A DNA stretch of 63,819 nucleotides, counting the filler, from Octopus bimaculoides (Eukaryota): NCBI RefSeq assembly GCF_001194135.2. It is 6 parts of 6 records of this genome, joined end to end, with 100 filler letters (N's around TTAATTAATTAA, not from the genome) between each part and the next. Parts side by side here need not be neighbours in the genome. Positions count along the whole stretch, not along the records: positions 62,554 to 63,819 come from NC_069010.1; 5 more parts are not named here. The stretch is one strand, 5' to 3'. The translations under genes and the position numbers were made by a program. The notes under the pieces were generated by a model, which worked only from the letters and a program-made list of their open reading frames with translations, was not told where the DNA came from and searched no databases. Of this stretch, positions 62,801 through 63,819 are shown piece after piece (position 1 is the first letter of the stretch; the number at the start of each line of letters is the position of its first letter).

Positions 62801-63231
62801 ATCGTATATATATATAAGTACTTTTTTGTCGTGGTCACCTCAGCAATGTAACTATACATGTGCCGTTGGCGATTTCTTTTCTACCTTTGGACTTTTCCCT
62901 TCTCCTTTCCGACGGAGAGCTACGCTCGAAACATCAAACTCTCTCCTTTCGGCGAGCGTCAAGATAATACATTTCTTGTGTACATCCTCACGTTCGGTTT
63001 TTGTTTCTTCGTTCATTTGAAATATTTGTTAATTTGAATTGACTATTTATCGCAACAGTTCCTCCGACTGTTTTGGAGAATCTGATTCATCGATTTCTTA
63101 ATTAACCCTTGGATTATGCCACCCTTTAATTTATTCGGAGTGTGTCGTTTCTGCATCTCTGATTACGCACACACACACACGCACGCACACACACACATAC
63201 ACACACACACACACACACGCACACATATACA

Positions 63232-63370
63232 CTTCTTTCGGTTTCCGTGTACCAATTCCACTCACAAGGCTTTGGTCGGACCAAGGCTATAACAGAAGAC
63301 GCTTGCCCGAGGTGCCACGCAGTAGAACTGAACCCGGAACCATGCGGTTGAGAAGCAAGCTTCTTACCGG
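63232..63370 (-). mobile_element. SINE family A, 5' half
   Basis: Reverse complement of ggtaagaagcttgcttctcaaccgcatggttccgggttcag...ccgaccaaagccttgtgagtgg. Confidence 0.75.
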
Positions 63371-63819
63371 AAAGCTTAGCTAATCTGTTGGCATATTTTC
63401 TAGATACGTTTAACCTTTCGCTGCGCAACTTGTCGAGTTGTGCATTTAACATTTCCACAGAACGTTCAGTGTTTATGCGTCTAACATTTGCATGTTTATA
63501 ACTATTTACATTTAACATTTATATGTTTGAATTTATGAATAACTTGTCGCTTCGGTCGCATTTAACCTTTTTCTTTGCGCATAAGACTTGTCATTTGCAG
63601 TTACATTAAGATAAGAAGACTTTCCGTGCGTTGCTTTGGCGAATTGCCACGGGTCTTTAAAGGCTTGTCTGCGAAGGGTTTACTGAAATTTACTGAAAAC
63701 CCAACCACGGAACTCAAAGATCTATACCCGGCTCCGAATAATATACGTGTGTGTGAGTGTGTATGTATGAATACACAAACATAAGTTTGTCTATCTATCT
63801 ATCTATCTATATATATATA

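Noticed and set aside
63400-63490. Coiled-coil-like minus-strand frame RINTERSVEMLNAQLDKLRSERLN
   Set aside because: No recognisable family, poor splice context, at the window edge.
1622-63784. Dozens of ORFs rich in CV/YI/HT/MY repeats or X runs in the supplied track
   Set aside because: They are translations of (GT)n, (AT)n, (GTAT)n microsatellites or of N gaps, not proteins.

Overview
AT-rich, microsatellite-dense animal genomic DNA from a gapped draft scaffold. The SINE/RTE/Penelope repeat content suggests an octopod cephalopod (inference). Five identical 100-bp synthetic linkers (44N-TTAATTAATTAA-44N) cut the window into six blocks whose adjacency is unproven. Three host genes can be read by splicing exons by hand. 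(1) Two internal exons of the Sbf/MTMR5-13 (SBF1/SBF2-like) gene, minus strand, 9031-9180 and 10692-10857. (2) A complete but divergent alpha-tubulin, plus strand, 28040-31721, with a rewritten K40 loop, an L230P-type change and an intact EEY tail. (3) Four exons of a highly divergent neprilysin/M13-family protein, minus strand, 38920-51637, missed by the ORF track. The rest is mostly decayed mobile DNA: at least six Penelope-like element (PLE) relics, RTE and Tx1/L1 LINEs, mariner, Tc1, Tigger, a Chapaev3-like transposon, a Helitron with TTAGGG-like repeats, and four SINE families. The most notable non-coding signals are a canonical-core minimal hammerhead ribozyme with an unusually long stem II (42656-42760), several degenerate hammerhead relatives, repeated inverted-terminus PLE insertions (one with a template-switch stutter at the junction), a Naiad-like PLE with a long Asn-rich linker, and a 96-bp loopless palindrome. 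All family assignments come from motif recognition by eye; no database search was run.
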